From NCBI GenBank assembly GCA_963796055.1, contig CAWCKH010000004.1, forward strand, positions 2,304,001 to 2,368,000: a DNA stretch of 64,000 bases, given 5' to 3'. The position numbers and the translations under genes were made by a program. This DNA comes from an uncultured delta proteobacterium. GTDB taxonomy: Bacteria > Myxococcota > Myxococcia > Myxococcales > Myxococcaceae. The first letter of the stretch is position 1; every line of letters begins with the position of its first letter. Positions 1-9,926 of the stretch are shown piece by piece. Below the pieces are notes generated by a model, which saw only the letters and a program-made list of their open reading frames with translations, was not told where the DNA came from and did no database searches.

Positions 1-1847
1 CGTCGGAGGTCTTCGTCGAGGAGGCCTGGCGCGACGCCGCGGACACCATGCAGCGGCTCTACCGCGAGCTGGGGTGGGTGGACGCCCAGGTCTCGCTGGT
101 CGGGGCCACCGAGGACGTCGCCTCCGGCACGCTGGACGCCCGGTTCCAGATCGTCGAGGGGGTCCGGACCTTCGTCCGCGCGGTGCGGTTCGAGGGGTTG
201 CCGCCCGGGTTCCCCACGCCGGATCTCCCGATGCTCGCCCCGGGCCAGCCCTTCAGCCAGTCGCGGCTGGACGAGGCGGTCACCACCACCGTGCGGCGGC
301 TCGGGCGCGGCAGCTACCTCTTCGCCCAGGTGACCGCCCGGCCGGGCTTCTCCGCCGACCGGACCTCCGCCGAGCCGGTGCTGGAGGTCACCCCGGGCCC
401 GGCGGTGCGCGTGGGTCAGGTGGTGGTGCGGGGGCTGCAGCGCACCGATGAGGCGCTGGTGCGGGCGAACCTCAAGATGGCCCCCGGCACCCCGCTGGAT
501 CCGGAGGCGCTGTTCCAGAGCCAGCGTGAGCTCCTCCTGCTCGGGCTCTTCCGGACGGTGTCGGTGCGGCTCATCTCCCCGGACACGCCCGAGCCGGTAA
601 AGGACGTGGTGGTCGAGCTGCGGGAGCGTCCCCGGCTGTCGGGGAGCATCGGGGTGGGCTACTCGCTCGAGGACGGGCCGCGGATCATCGGCGACCTCGC
701 GTACCCCAACGTCTTCGGGCAGGGGATCAACTTCAACCTTCGCGGCAAGCTCAACTACGTCGGCGCCAGCGCGCTGCCACTGCAGAGCTACGTCGACGGC
801 TCCAACCTCCAGGGGCTCAACGGCCTGGACTTCAACGTCAACGCCGGCCTGTCGCAGCCGCGCATCTACCAGTTCCTGCCCGCCCAGGTGAGCGCGCGGC
901 TGAACCTGAGCGCCGAGCGGGTGCACCGGCCGACGTACTTCTTCGGACGCGTCGCCGCCCTGCTGGGCGTGGACTGGGCCATCACCCGGTGGCTACAGCT
1001 CACCGGGAACTACCTCCTGGAGAACGTGCTGGTGCGCGCCCAGCCCGGGGTCGGCGACCTCCTCCAGCCCAACCGGACCGATGCCGAGCGGCTGCGCTTC
1101 CCCACCGGCAACTTCTTCATGCAGACCCTGGGAGCGACGCTCTCCTTCGACTTCCGGGACGACCCGGTGAACCCCCGCTCGGGCGTGCTGATCGGCGCGA
1201 CGGGCGAGGTGACCAAGGACATCAGCGCGGAGACCACCGACGTCAACGGTGACAATCCCGTCCCGGCGCGGATCTTCACCTTCAAGACCGCCATGGGAAT
1301 CACCGGCTACGCGCCGCTCGGGCCGCGGGCGGTGGTCGCCCTCTCGCTCCGGGGCGGGAAGATCTTCCCCCTGGAGCCGGACAGCCTGGTCATCACCCCC
1401 AAGCGTTTCTTCCTCGGCGGGGCGACGACGCTGCGGGGCTTCCGCGACGACGCGGTCATCCCGCAGGACGTCCGGAACGAGTACGCCCGCGAGCGGGTCT
1501 ACTGCGACGCGCTGGCCTGGACCGGCGGGTGCACCAGCCGCGGCCTGGCGCTCCGGAATGGGGGAACCCTGCCGTCGGAAGGCGGGACCCTGTTCGAGCT
1601 GGCGAAGGCCGAGCTGCGGTTCGCGCTGGCGGGGGACTTCGAGCTCGGGGTGTTCTTCGAGGCGGGCAACCTCTGGTACTCGGCGGCGGCCTGGAAGCCG
1701 CTGGACCTCCGACCGGTGGCCGGCGCCGGGGTGCGCTACGTCACGCCGGTGGGTCCTCTGGCGCTGGACGTGGGGTTCAACCTCTCGCCCGACGATCGGC
1801 TGAACGAGCCCATCTTTGCGATTCAATTCAGCGTCGGTCTGTTCTGA
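1..1847 (+). CDS. BamA/TamA (Omp85) family outer membrane protein, POTRA domains plus beta-barrel; 5' end lies upstream of the window
   Basis: Frame is open from base 3. POTRA-like repeats, RFFLGGATTLRGF (VRGF-type motif), GAGVRYVTPVGPLALDVG and C-terminal QFSVGLF. Confidence 0.92.
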   Translation, partial: SEVFVEEAWRDAADTMQRLYRELGWVDAQVSLVGATEDVASGTLDARFQIVEGVRTFVRAVRFEGLPPGFPTPDLPMLAPGQPFSQSRLDEAVTTTVRRLGRGSYLFAQVTARPGFSADRTSAEPVLEVTPGPAVRVGQVVVRGLQRTDEALVRANLKMAPGTPLDPEALFQSQRELLLLGLFRTVSVRLISPDTPEPVKDVVVELRERPRLSGSIGVGYSLEDGPRIIGDLAYPNVFGQGINFNLRGKLNYVGASALPLQSYVDGSNLQGLNGLDFNVNAGLSQPRIYQFLPAQVSARLNLSAERVHRPTYFFGRVAALLGVDWAITRWLQLTGNYLLENVLVRAQPGVGDLLQPNRTDAERLRFPTGNFFMQTLGATLSFDFRDDPVNPRSGVLIGATGEVTKDISAETTDVNGDNPVPARIFTFKTAMGITGYAPLGPRAVVALSLRGGKIFPLEPDSLVITPKRFFLGGATTLRGFRDDAVIPQDVRNEYARERVYCDALAWTGGCTSRGLALRNGGTLPSEGGTLFELAKAELRFALAGDFELGVFFEAGNLWYSAAAWKPLDLRPVAGAGVRYVTPVGPLALDVGFNLSPDDRLNEPIFAIQFSVGLF

Positions 1848-1871
1848 TCTGTCGTCGGATGAGGAGGCACC

Positions 1872-3677
1872 ATGGCGGAACGGAAGTCACGGCGGCGGTT
1901 CCTGGCCGAGGGCGCGCTGGCGCTGGCAGGCGTGGCCGCGGGGACGCCTGGCAGCGCGAGCGCCGTGCCCGATGCCGGGACGAAACCGGGCACGGGCAGC
2001 ATCTTCTCCGGGACGCCCGGGGAGGCCGCGGGCCCGTCGGGGCCGGCCATCACCGCCGAGACCTTCGCCCACGCCGAGAAGCTGATGCGGGTGAGCATGA
2101 CGCCCGAGCAGCGCGCGCTGGCCGCCGACTCGTGGAACCTCAACCTCGGCCCGTTCTTCGCCCGGCGCGACTTCCCGCTGGGCGACGAGTCCCCGGGCAT
2201 GGTGTGGAACCCGGCGCTACACGGCACCGGACGGATGCCGAAGAAGAGCCGGGTGGTGCGCTCCGGATGGACGCCCCGGAAACCGGCCGGGGACGAGGAG
2301 CTGGCGTTCGCCCCGGTGCACGTGCTCAGCCGCTGGGTGCAGGGCCGCCAGGTCACCTCGGTGCGGCTGACCGAGCTGGCGCTGGCGCGGCTGGAGCGCT
2401 ACCAGCCCCAGCTCAACTGCACCATCACTCTTGTCCGCGAGCCGGCGCTGGCCGAGGCCGAGGCGGCGGACCGGGAAATTGCCCGGGGAAGGTACCGCGG
2501 CCCGCTGCACGGCATCCCCTACGGGGCCAAGGATCTGCTGGACACCGCCGGCATCCGCACCACCTGGGGCGCGGAGCCCTTCCGCGATCGGGTACCGAAG
2601 GAGGACGCCACGGTCATCGCCCGGCTGCGTGCCGCGGGCGCCGTCCTGGTGGCCAAGCTGTCGCTGGGCGCCCTGGCGCTGAACGACGTCTGGTTCGGAG
2701 GGCGGACCAGCAACCCCTGGTTCCTCGAGGAGGGCTCGGGCGGCTCGAGCGCCGGCTCCGCGGCGGCGGTCTCGGCGGGACTGGTCCCGTTCGCCATCGG
2801 AAGCGAGACGTTCGGGAGCATCGTCGACCCCTGCATGCGATGTGGGACGACGGGGCTCCGGCCGACCTTCGGGCGGGTGCCGCGGGCCGGAGCGATGACG
2901 CTCTCCTGGAGTCACGACAAGCTGGGGCCCATCACCCGCTCGGCGGAGGACGCGGCGCTGGTGCTCGCCGCCATCTCCGGACCCGACCCGGCGGACCTCT
3001 CGTCCTTGCCGAGCAGGTTCGCCTTCGACGCCACCCGGTCGGTGAAGGGGCTGAAGCTCGGGGTGGTGCCCGCCTGGATGGGCGGACCGGCGGCGAGCGA
3101 CGTCGAGCCCCAGGCGGTGAAGGCGCTGGAGCAGCTGGGGATGAAGCGGATGGACCTCTCCTTCCCCGACCTGCCCTGGGCGGCGTTGCAGTCGCTGGTG
3201 CTCGCCGACTCGGCCGCGTCCTTCGAGCGGCTGACGCTCTCGGGCGACGACGCTCAGCTGCGGATGCAGGTGCGCGACGCCTGGCCGAATCTGTTCCGGC
3301 AGTCGCGCTTCATCTCCGCGGTGGACTACGTGCAGGCGGACCGGCTGCGCCGGCACGTGGCGAAGGTGTGGGCCGAGCAGATGGCGAGGGTGGACGTGCT
3401 CCTCACCCCCTCGCTCCGCGACGAGCCGCTGGCCACCAACTCCACCGGCCACCCCTGCCTGGTGGTGCCGGCCGGCTGGGTGATGGTCGACCGGATCCGC
3501 AGCGACTGGCTCCCTCCGCCCGGCCAGCAGCACCCCGCGGTCTCGCCGCCCCGCAAGATGCCCTCCGGGGTGTCGCTCATCGGGCACCTCTGGGACGAGG
3601 GCACGCTCTGCTCGGTGGGGATGGCGCTCGAGGGGGCGATGAAGATGACCGAGGCCCATCCGCCGGGGTTCGCATGA
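1872..3677 (+). CDS. Amidase signature family protein with Tat signal peptide
   Basis: SRRRFL twin-arginine motif, GPLHGIPYGAKD, GGSSAGS and GSETFGS (Ser-cisSer-Lys triad); GGAGG RBS upstream. Confidence 0.92.
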   Translation: MAERKSRRRFLAEGALALAGVAAGTPGSASAVPDAGTKPGTGSIFSGTPGEAAGPSGPAITAETFAHAEKLMRVSMTPEQRALAADSWNLNLGPFFARRDFPLGDESPGMVWNPALHGTGRMPKKSRVVRSGWTPRKPAGDEELAFAPVHVLSRWVQGRQVTSVRLTELALARLERYQPQLNCTITLVREPALAEAEAADREIARGRYRGPLHGIPYGAKDLLDTAGIRTTWGAEPFRDRVPKEDATVIARLRAAGAVLVAKLSLGALALNDVWFGGRTSNPWFLEEGSGGSSAGSAAAVSAGLVPFAIGSETFGSIVDPCMRCGTTGLRPTFGRVPRAGAMTLSWSHDKLGPITRSAEDAALVLAAISGPDPADLSSLPSRFAFDATRSVKGLKLGVVPAWMGGPAASDVEPQAVKALEQLGMKRMDLSFPDLPWAALQSLVLADSAASFERLTLSGDDAQLRMQVRDAWPNLFRQSRFISAVDYVQADRLRRHVAKVWAEQMARVDVLLTPSLRDEPLATNSTGHPCLVVPAGWVMVDRIRSDWLPPPGQQHPAVSPPRKMPSGVSLIGHLWDEGTLCSVGMALEGAMKMTEAHPPGFA

Positions 3678-3810
3678 CCGTTCCGCAACGGCGCACGGAA
3701 CGGCTGCTGCTCCCCGGCGGACGACTTCGACCACCCCAGGATTCCGGCCGGGGACCCGCTCCGGCGACATGTGCTGTACCGGATCCGCCGCCCTGAGCAG
3801 TGGGGCCACC

Positions 3811-4914
3811 TCAGCCGACGGTCCGTGCCAGCAACCACTCGAACGAACGCGGACGCCGGGCGAGCGTCGCCACCACGCCTCGCCGTAACCCCGGCCTCCG
3901 TGCCAGGCCGAGCACCGCCCGGGCAGTCCAGGCGTACGTCCGGAACGCGCGGCGCGCCGTCGCCTCGTAGGCCCGGAACGCGTGAACGTCCCCGCCGCGC
4001 TGCACCACGTCCGGGAGGCAGGCCGCGAGCGACTCGGCGCACACCAGCGCCACCGACATCCCCTCGCCGGTGATGGCGTCGACGTAGCCGCCCGCGTCGC
4101 CCAGGAGCGCGAACCGCTCCGCCACCCGTCGGCGCGCGCGCTGCAGGAACGGGCCGGCCCCCCGAGGCCCGGAGTCCGGTTCGGCGCCCGATAGCCGGCG
4201 GGCCAGGAAGGGAAAGCGCTGGAGCAGCGAGGCGATGGACGCAGCCGTCTGCAGCCGTCCGTCGGACCAGAGGAAGACCACCCCCACCCGCGCTGGCCCG
4301 CACGGCGTCACGTAGGCCTCGGCCTCGGCCGACAGGTGAACCTCCACCCGGTCGGTCCACGGAGAAACGACGAAGTGCTGCCTCAGCCCGAACCGCCGCG
4401 GGCCGCGCACCGGCGCCTCCAGCCCCTCGGCCCGGCGGAGCGGCGAGTGCAGCCCGTCCGCGGCGACCAGGACCTGCGCCGCCAGCGCACCCGCATCGGT
4501 GTCGAGCACCATCGCCTCCGCCGTTCGCCGGTGCGAGCGGAGAGCCGTCCGCGCGCGGACGTCGGCCCCGGCGTCGCGGGCGGCCTCGAGGAGCGCAGCG
4601 GAAAGGGCGGTCCTCCGGATCCCGAGACCGCCCGTGCCGGGCAGTGCTCCCTCGAGCACGCTCCCGTCCTCCTGGACGTAGCGCACGCCGCGGATCGGCC
4701 CCGAGTCACCGGGAGCAATCCGGTCCAGCACGCCGAGCCGGGCGAGCACCGCCAGACCGGCCGGCATCACCCCCTCGCCACAGGCCTTGTCGTGGGGGAG
4801 AGCCGCCCGCTCCAGCAGGATCACCGACAGTCCCCGCCGGGCAGCCATCGCCGCCAGCGCGAGACCCGCCGGGCCACCGCCCACGACCGCGACGTCGACC
4901 GGGGACTCGCTCAC
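3811..4914 (-). CDS. ftpE: FAD-dependent oxidoreductase/monooxygenase (FtpE/SrsC-like)
   Basis: VAVVGGGPAG, KACGEG, AADG and LLGDAGGYVDAITGEG motifs; GTG start overlaps the FAAL stop (GTGA). Confidence 0.85.
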   Translation of the reverse strand: MSESPVDVAVVGGGPAGLALAAMAARRGLSVILLERAALPHDKACGEGVMPAGLAVLARLGVLDRIAPGDSGPIRGVRYVQEDGSVLEGALPGTGGLGIRRTALSAALLEAARDAGADVRARTALRSHRRTAEAMVLDTDAGALAAQVLVAADGLHSPLRRAEGLEAPVRGPRRFGLRQHFVVSPWTDRVEVHLSAEAEAYVTPCGPARVGVVFLWSDGRLQTAASIASLLQRFPFLARRLSGAEPDSGPRGAGPFLQRARRRVAERFALLGDAGGYVDAITGEGMSVALVCAESLAACLPDVVQRGGDVHAFRAYEATARRAFRTYAWTARAVLGLARRPGLRRGVVATLARRPRSFEWLLARTVG

Positions 4915-6701
4915 GTCTCGGGCTCCGGATGCGTCCGGGGCCGGGCCCGGGCCAGCGCCAGAGCCGACCTCAGCATCTCCGCGACGAGCCGGACCGCGTT
5001 CACCCGGGCGGGCGGATGCAGCGCGCCGCTGCACCACCTCGTCAGTGCCTCGGAGCGGCGCAGCTTCCCGCTCGATGTCCGGGGGATGGTCCCGGGCGCC
5101 AGCAGCTGGATGGTGTGGGGCCGGATGCCGGTGCGCTCGGCCACCACGGCGCGGATGCGATCCACCAGATCCGGCCCTGCATCGGGCGTCGTCTCCACCA
5201 GCAGCAGCAGCTCCTCGCCGTCTCCGCCCGGCGGCACGAAGCCCAGGCCCACCGCGCACCCGGTGCGCACCCCCTTCAGGCCGTCGAGCGCGTCCTCGAA
5301 CTCCTGGGGTGCGTGGTTCGCTCCGCGCAGCACCACCACGTCCTTCGCCCGGCCACAGACCACCAGCTCGGCGTCCTTCACGAAGCCCAGGTCACCGGTG
5401 TCCAGCCAGCCGGCGTCGAGCGCGGCACAGGTCGCCTCCGGCTGGCCGAGGTAGCCCTCCATGATCGACGGCCCCCGGGCGTGGATGCGCCCCACCACGC
5501 CCTCCTGCACCACCGAGCCCGCCTCGTCCCGGACCTCGACGGTCACCCCGGGCAGCGCCAGGCCCACGCTGGCCAGTACCCGCGACCCGGTGCGGACCCG
5601 CCCCTCGCGGGCGAGCTGCAGCGGATCGACCGGCACCGTCCGGAGGGGACTCCGCGGCGGAGAGAAGGTGACGGCCAAGGTCGCCTCGGCCAGGCCATAG
5701 ACCGGCATCAGCGCCGCAGGGCGGAACCCCCATCGCGCGAACCTCTCGGAGAACCGCCGCGCAGCGTCCACCGAGACCTGCTCGGCCCCGTTGAGCGCCA
5801 GCCGCCAGCGCGAGAGGTCGGCGCCCTCCATCTCCTCGTCCTTCACCCGCCGCGCGCAGACCGCGTAGGCGAAGCTGGGGGCGACCGACATGGTGCCCCC
5901 GTGTCGCGAGAGCGCGCGCAGCCAGAGCGCCGGTCGGCCGAGGAACACCTCGGGCGGAAGCAGCACCAGCGGCCCCGGGTAGGTCATCGCGCTGAGCAGA
6001 CAGCCGATGAGCCCCATGTCGTGGTACAGTGGGAGCCAGCTGACCCCGAGCTGAGGATCCTCGGGCGTGTCGTCGGGCATCAGCGCCCGGAGCGCGTCGG
6101 TCTGGGCGAGCACCGCCCGATGCGAGAGCGCCACCGGCTTCGGATCCACCGTGCTCCCGGAGGAGAACTGCACCAGCGCCAGCGCGCCCGAATCGGCCGA
6201 ACGCGCGACCGGGGCCGCCCCGGACTCCCGGAGCGCGGCGACGTTCTTCAGCCCGAACCGCGGACCGGCCCGCCGCACCGCCTCGCCGAGGAGCCGTCCG
6301 ACCCGACCGTCGGAGAGCAGCGCCACCGCGCCCGACAGGTGCAGCATCCGGCCGGTCGCGGCGTGGTACTCGGGCAGACGCCCCAGCCGCACCGGCGGAT
6401 AGAGCGGCACCGGCACCGCGCCGGCGAGCAGCGTGCCGAAGAACGCATCCATGAAGTCGTGCCCGGTGGGGAGCACCATGGCCACCCGCTCCCCCGGTCG
6501 AACTCCGAGCGCCACCAGCGCCCCTGCCACCTGCGACGCCCGTGTCCGCACCGCGTCCCATCCCAGCGAGGTCTCGCTCTCGTCCGCGGCGACGAAGGTG
6601 AGCCCCCGGCGGCCCGAGACGGCAGCGCGCTCCAGCGCCTCGTTCAGGCTCGCGTGCCGCGGCCGCGGCTGGGGAGCGCCCTGGAGACGGGCGGACCTCA
6701 T
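4911..6701 (-). CDS. ftpD: Fatty acyl-AMP ligase (FAAL)
   Basis: QFSSGST, SWLPLYHDMGLIG, YGLAEATL, DTGDLG and IPRTSSGKLRR motifs; next to ACP and PKS. Confidence 0.92.
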   Translation of the reverse strand: MRSARLQGAPQPRPRHASLNEALERAAVSGRRGLTFVAADESETSLGWDAVRTRASQVAGALVALGVRPGERVAMVLPTGHDFMDAFFGTLLAGAVPVPLYPPVRLGRLPEYHAATGRMLHLSGAVALLSDGRVGRLLGEAVRRAGPRFGLKNVAALRESGAAPVARSADSGALALVQFSSGSTVDPKPVALSHRAVLAQTDALRALMPDDTPEDPQLGVSWLPLYHDMGLIGCLLSAMTYPGPLVLLPPEVFLGRPALWLRALSRHGGTMSVAPSFAYAVCARRVKDEEMEGADLSRWRLALNGAEQVSVDAARRFSERFARWGFRPAALMPVYGLAEATLAVTFSPPRSPLRTVPVDPLQLAREGRVRTGSRVLASVGLALPGVTVEVRDEAGSVVQEGVVGRIHARGPSIMEGYLGQPEATCAALDAGWLDTGDLGFVKDAELVVCGRAKDVVVLRGANHAPQEFEDALDGLKGVRTGCAVGLGFVPPGGDGEELLLLVETTPDAGPDLVDRIRAVVAERTGIRPHTIQLLAPGTIPRTSSGKLRRSEALTRWCSGALHPPARVNAVRLVAEMLRSALALARARPRTHPEPET

Positions 6702-6952
6702 CTGGCCGCCTCCTGGCTGCGGGCGGCCACGTGCCGGGCGAGGTCGCCCACGGTCTGCACCCCGGCCGCGTCCTCCTCGCTGAGCTTCACCCGGAACCGG
6801 TTCTCCAGACCCACCGCGAGCACCGTGAGCCCCAGGCTGTCCAGCGCCAGATCGCGGAGCAGGTCGTCCTCGGGCGCGATGGGGCGCTCCATCTCCAGCT
6901 CGGTGCGAGCGATGGTCCGGATGGTCTCCAGCACCTCCAGCTCAGTGGCCAC
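6698..6952 (-). CDS. ftpC: Acyl carrier protein
   Basis: LALDSLGL phosphopantetheine site, 84 aa and acidic; GTG start after a GGAGG-like RBS. Confidence 0.88.
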   Translation of the reverse strand: MATELEVLETIRTIARTELEMERPIAPEDDLLRDLALDSLGLTVLAVGLENRFRVKLSEEDAAGVQTVGDLARHVAARSQEAAR

Positions 6953-7517
6953 CGTGCCCTCCGGGGACGAAGCGGGGACGTCCGGCGAAGGCATGCTGCC
7001 AGGGCTCGCCCAGGGCCTGCTCCTCGGCACGGATCCGCACCCGGAGCAGCCAGGCGTTCCCCAGCGAGAAGGCCACCGCGGTGAGCCAGGCGCCATGGAC
7101 GGCGGGGAGCGCCACCATCTCGGCGATGACCGCCACGTAGTTGGGGTGGCGGACGAAGCGGTAGGGGCCGGCGGTCACCGGTGCGGTGTCGGGAACCACG
7201 ACGATGCGGGTGTTCCAGCGCCAGCCCAGGGTGGCGATGGCCCAGTAGCGAAGCGCCTGGGCGCCGAGCACCACCGCCAGCGCGATCCAGCCCACCGCCC
7301 CGGGGAAGGGGCGGCGCATCAGCACCACCTCCAGTGCACAGGCCACCAGGAACAGACCGTGGAACACCGCCATCGCCGGGTAGTGGCCCTGCCCGCTCTC
7401 GACGCCGCCGCGGGCACGGGCGACCCGGGCATTCCGTGCCGACAGCCCGAGCTCCACCCCCCGCTCGAGCGCCACGGCGACGAGCAGCCCGAGGTAGAGC
7501 TGGACCGAGGTCACCAT
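6942..7517 (-). CDS. ftpB: Isoprenylcysteine carboxyl methyltransferase family protein (SrsB/BpsB-like)
   Basis: GPYRFVRHPNY and RIRAEEQAL motifs, hydrophobic helices; directly after the type III PKS. Confidence 0.9.
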   Translation of the reverse strand: MVTSVQLYLGLLVAVALERGVELGLSARNARVARARGGVESGQGHYPAMAVFHGLFLVACALEVVLMRRPFPGAVGWIALAVVLGAQALRYWAIATLGWRWNTRIVVVPDTAPVTAGPYRFVRHPNYVAVIAEMVALPAVHGAWLTAVAFSLGNAWLLRVRIRAEEQALGEPWQHAFAGRPRFVPGGHGGH

Positions 7518-8584
7518 CGGAGGAGCACCAGCTCGGCGCAGAACCCCGGCCCCATCGCCATCAGCAGTCCGAAATCGCCCGGACGCGGCTCACCCGAGGC
7601 CAGCAGCTCGGAGAGGACGAACAGGACCGATGCCGAGGACAGGTTTCCCGTGCTCCGCAGCGAATCCCACGACCGACGGAGCGCCTCGGCAGGGAGCTCC
7701 AGCGCCGACTCGAAGGCCTGCAGCACCCTGGGCCCCCCGGTGTGGGCGATCCAGTGGCGGATGTCTCCACGGCGTAGGCCCTGCTCGGCGAGGAATCCGT
7801 CCACGTCACCGCGGACGTGCTCGGTGACGATGCTCGGTACCTTCGCGCTGAGGACGACCTTGAAGCCGCCCTCCACCACGTCCCAGCCCATGATCCGCTC
7901 GGTGTCCCTATAGAAGATGCTGCGGGTCGCAATCACCCGAGGCGCGGCGCCGGGTGGCGGCCGGTCCGAGCCGGAGAGCACCATCGCCGCGGCGCCGTCC
8001 CCGAAGAGGCCGCTGGCGATGACGTTGGCGATGCTCACGTCCTCGCGTTGCAGCGTGAGCGAGCACAGCTCCACCGAGAGCAGCACGGCCACTTGGCCCG
8101 GGAAGGCCTGGAGTACGTCGCTCGCCCGCGCGGTGCCCGCCGCGCCCGCCACGCACCCCAGACCGAAGATGGGCGTGCGCTTCACGTCGGAGCGGAGCCC
8201 GAGGCGGTTGACGAGCCGCGCATCCAGCGACGGTGTGCCGATCCCGGTCACGGTGACGAAGAAGAGGTGGTCGATGTCGCGCGGCTGCAACCCCGCCGCA
8301 TCGAGGGCGCGCCGGACGGCCTGCTCGCCCACCTCCAGCGACACCTGATTGAAGGCATCGTTGCGCTGGGAGAAGCGGGTCAGGGGAAGGTACTCGGCGA
8401 TGGGGAGGGCGAGGTAGCGGCCCCCCACCTGCACCGAGCGGTGCAGCTCCTCGATTCGCTCCACGTTGAAGTGCTCCCGCGCCCAGTGCTCGCGGAAGAT
8501 GCAGATCAGCGTCTCCTGGTCCACCCAGTTGGAGGGCAGCGCCGTGCCCACGCTGCGCACCCACGGTCCAGACGGAGACCTCAT
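7511..8584 (-). CDS. ftpA: Type III polyketide synthase (alkylresorcinol/alkylpyrone type)
   Basis: Catalytic Cys in GLGCVAG, His in AHTGG and Asn in GNLSSAS; LFGDGAAA and MGPGF motifs. Confidence 0.95.
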   Translation of the reverse strand: MRSPSGPWVRSVGTALPSNWVDQETLICIFREHWAREHFNVERIEELHRSVQVGGRYLALPIAEYLPLTRFSQRNDAFNQVSLEVGEQAVRRALDAAGLQPRDIDHLFFVTVTGIGTPSLDARLVNRLGLRSDVKRTPIFGLGCVAGAAGTARASDVLQAFPGQVAVLLSVELCSLTLQREDVSIANVIASGLFGDGAAAMVLSGSDRPPPGAAPRVIATRSIFYRDTERIMGWDVVEGGFKVVLSAKVPSIVTEHVRGDVDGFLAEQGLRRGDIRHWIAHTGGPRVLQAFESALELPAEALRRSWDSLRSTGNLSSASVLFVLSELLASGEPRPGDFGLLMAMGPGFCAELVLLRW

Positions 8585-8642
8585 CGTCGCCCGGGCCTAA
8601 TAGACCCCCGGGCATGGACGCAACACCGAGCGTGTGACGCGT

Positions 8643-9926
8643 TCAGGTCGCGACCCTGGACCCCGGCGGCCCGTGGAGCAGACGGGCGCCCACGATCAGC
8701 AACAGCCCCCCCACGGCCACGGGGATGGCGTTCAGGGCAATGGCGGTGCCGAGGCTCAGCCGGTCGCCGAGCCAGCCGATGATCGGCGGGGAGATGGCGT
8801 CTCCCAGCGCGTGGTAGCAGAGCACGCTCAATCCCACCGCGAAGCTGCGGAAGAGCGGGGGCACGGCGCTCACGATGGCGTTGTTCAGCGGTCCGTTGTT
8901 CAGGAACACCAGGAACATCGCGATGAAGGCGGCGGCGAAGATGATGGGCACCGAGGCGGCATAGGCGGTCCAGACCATGAACGGGGCCGCGAGGAGCATT
9001 CCCCATCCCGAGATCCACAGCCCGCCGGTCACCGACTTCCGCTCCGCCCGGTCTCCGACCACGCCGCCGACCAGGGTCCCCACCAGGCCGGAGACGCAGA
9101 GCAGCGCCCCGAACACGATCGCCGCCTCCTTCGGCGGGACCCCGCGCTCCCGCTCCAGGAAGGTGGGCATGAACACCGCCAGCCCGCCGATGGAGAAGGT
9201 CATCAGGGTCAGCCCGGCCACGCTCACCCAGTAGAAGGCGTTGGAGCGCAGTCCCCGCAGCCCGGCGAGGAACGGCATCTTGGTCTCGGTGGAGGCGCCG
9301 CCTTCCTCCGTCGCTCCTCGGGCCGGCTCGTGCATCCGGAGCGCGAGGAACGCCGCCAGGAGCCCCGGAAGCCCGCCGACGAAGAACGCCGCGTGCCAGG
9401 ACCAGGTGTTCCCGATCCACCCGCCCACCACGTAGCCCAGGGCCGAGCCCACGGGGATCGCCACGTAGAAGACCGAGAGGGCGCGGGTTCGCTGGTGAAA
9501 GGGATAGAAGTCGGCGATGAGCCCGGGCGAGACGGTGCCGTACCCTGCCTCGCCCACCCCCACGATGGCCCGGGTCACGAGCAGCGCCAGGTAGGTCCCG
9601 GCGAGCCCCGCCCCCAGGGTGGCGAAGCTCCAGATGAGGATGCTGACCGCCAGCACCCACCGTCGCGAATAGCGGTCACCGAAGTAGCCGCCCAGCGGGG
9701 CCACCAGCATGTAGACCACGATGAAGACCGACTGGAGCGTTCCCGCCTGGGCGTGATCGATGTGCAGGCTCTCCTCGATGCGCGGCAGCACTCCGGCCAC
9801 GAGGTAGCGGTCGAGGTAGTTGAGGAGGTTGATGAAGGTGAGGACGCCCAGCGCGTAGCCCGCGCCCGGAAGAGCGGAGCGGACACGGGGTGTTCCCGAT
9901 GCTGGCAGCGGTGCGGTCGCGGTCAC
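8643..9926 (-). CDS. MFS transporter (Spinster-like)
   Basis: NLLNYLDR, GYFGDRYSRR, RAIVGVGEA and about 12 TM helices; own GTG start with GGAGG RBS overlapping the natural Ppx stop. Confidence 0.9.
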   Translation of the reverse strand: MTATAPLPASGTPRVRSALPGAGYALGVLTFINLLNYLDRYLVAGVLPRIEESLHIDHAQAGTLQSVFIVVYMLVAPLGGYFGDRYSRRWVLAVSILIWSFATLGAGLAGTYLALLVTRAIVGVGEAGYGTVSPGLIADFYPFHQRTRALSVFYVAIPVGSALGYVVGGWIGNTWSWHAAFFVGGLPGLLAAFLALRMHEPARGATEEGGASTETKMPFLAGLRGLRSNAFYWVSVAGLTLMTFSIGGLAVFMPTFLERERGVPPKEAAIVFGALLCVSGLVGTLVGGVVGDRAERKSVTGGLWISGWGMLLAAPFMVWTAYAASVPIIFAAAFIAMFLVFLNNGPLNNAIVSAVPPLFRSFAVGLSVLCYHALGDAISPPIIGWLGDRLSLGTAIALNAIPVAVGGLLLIVGARLLHGPPGSRVAT

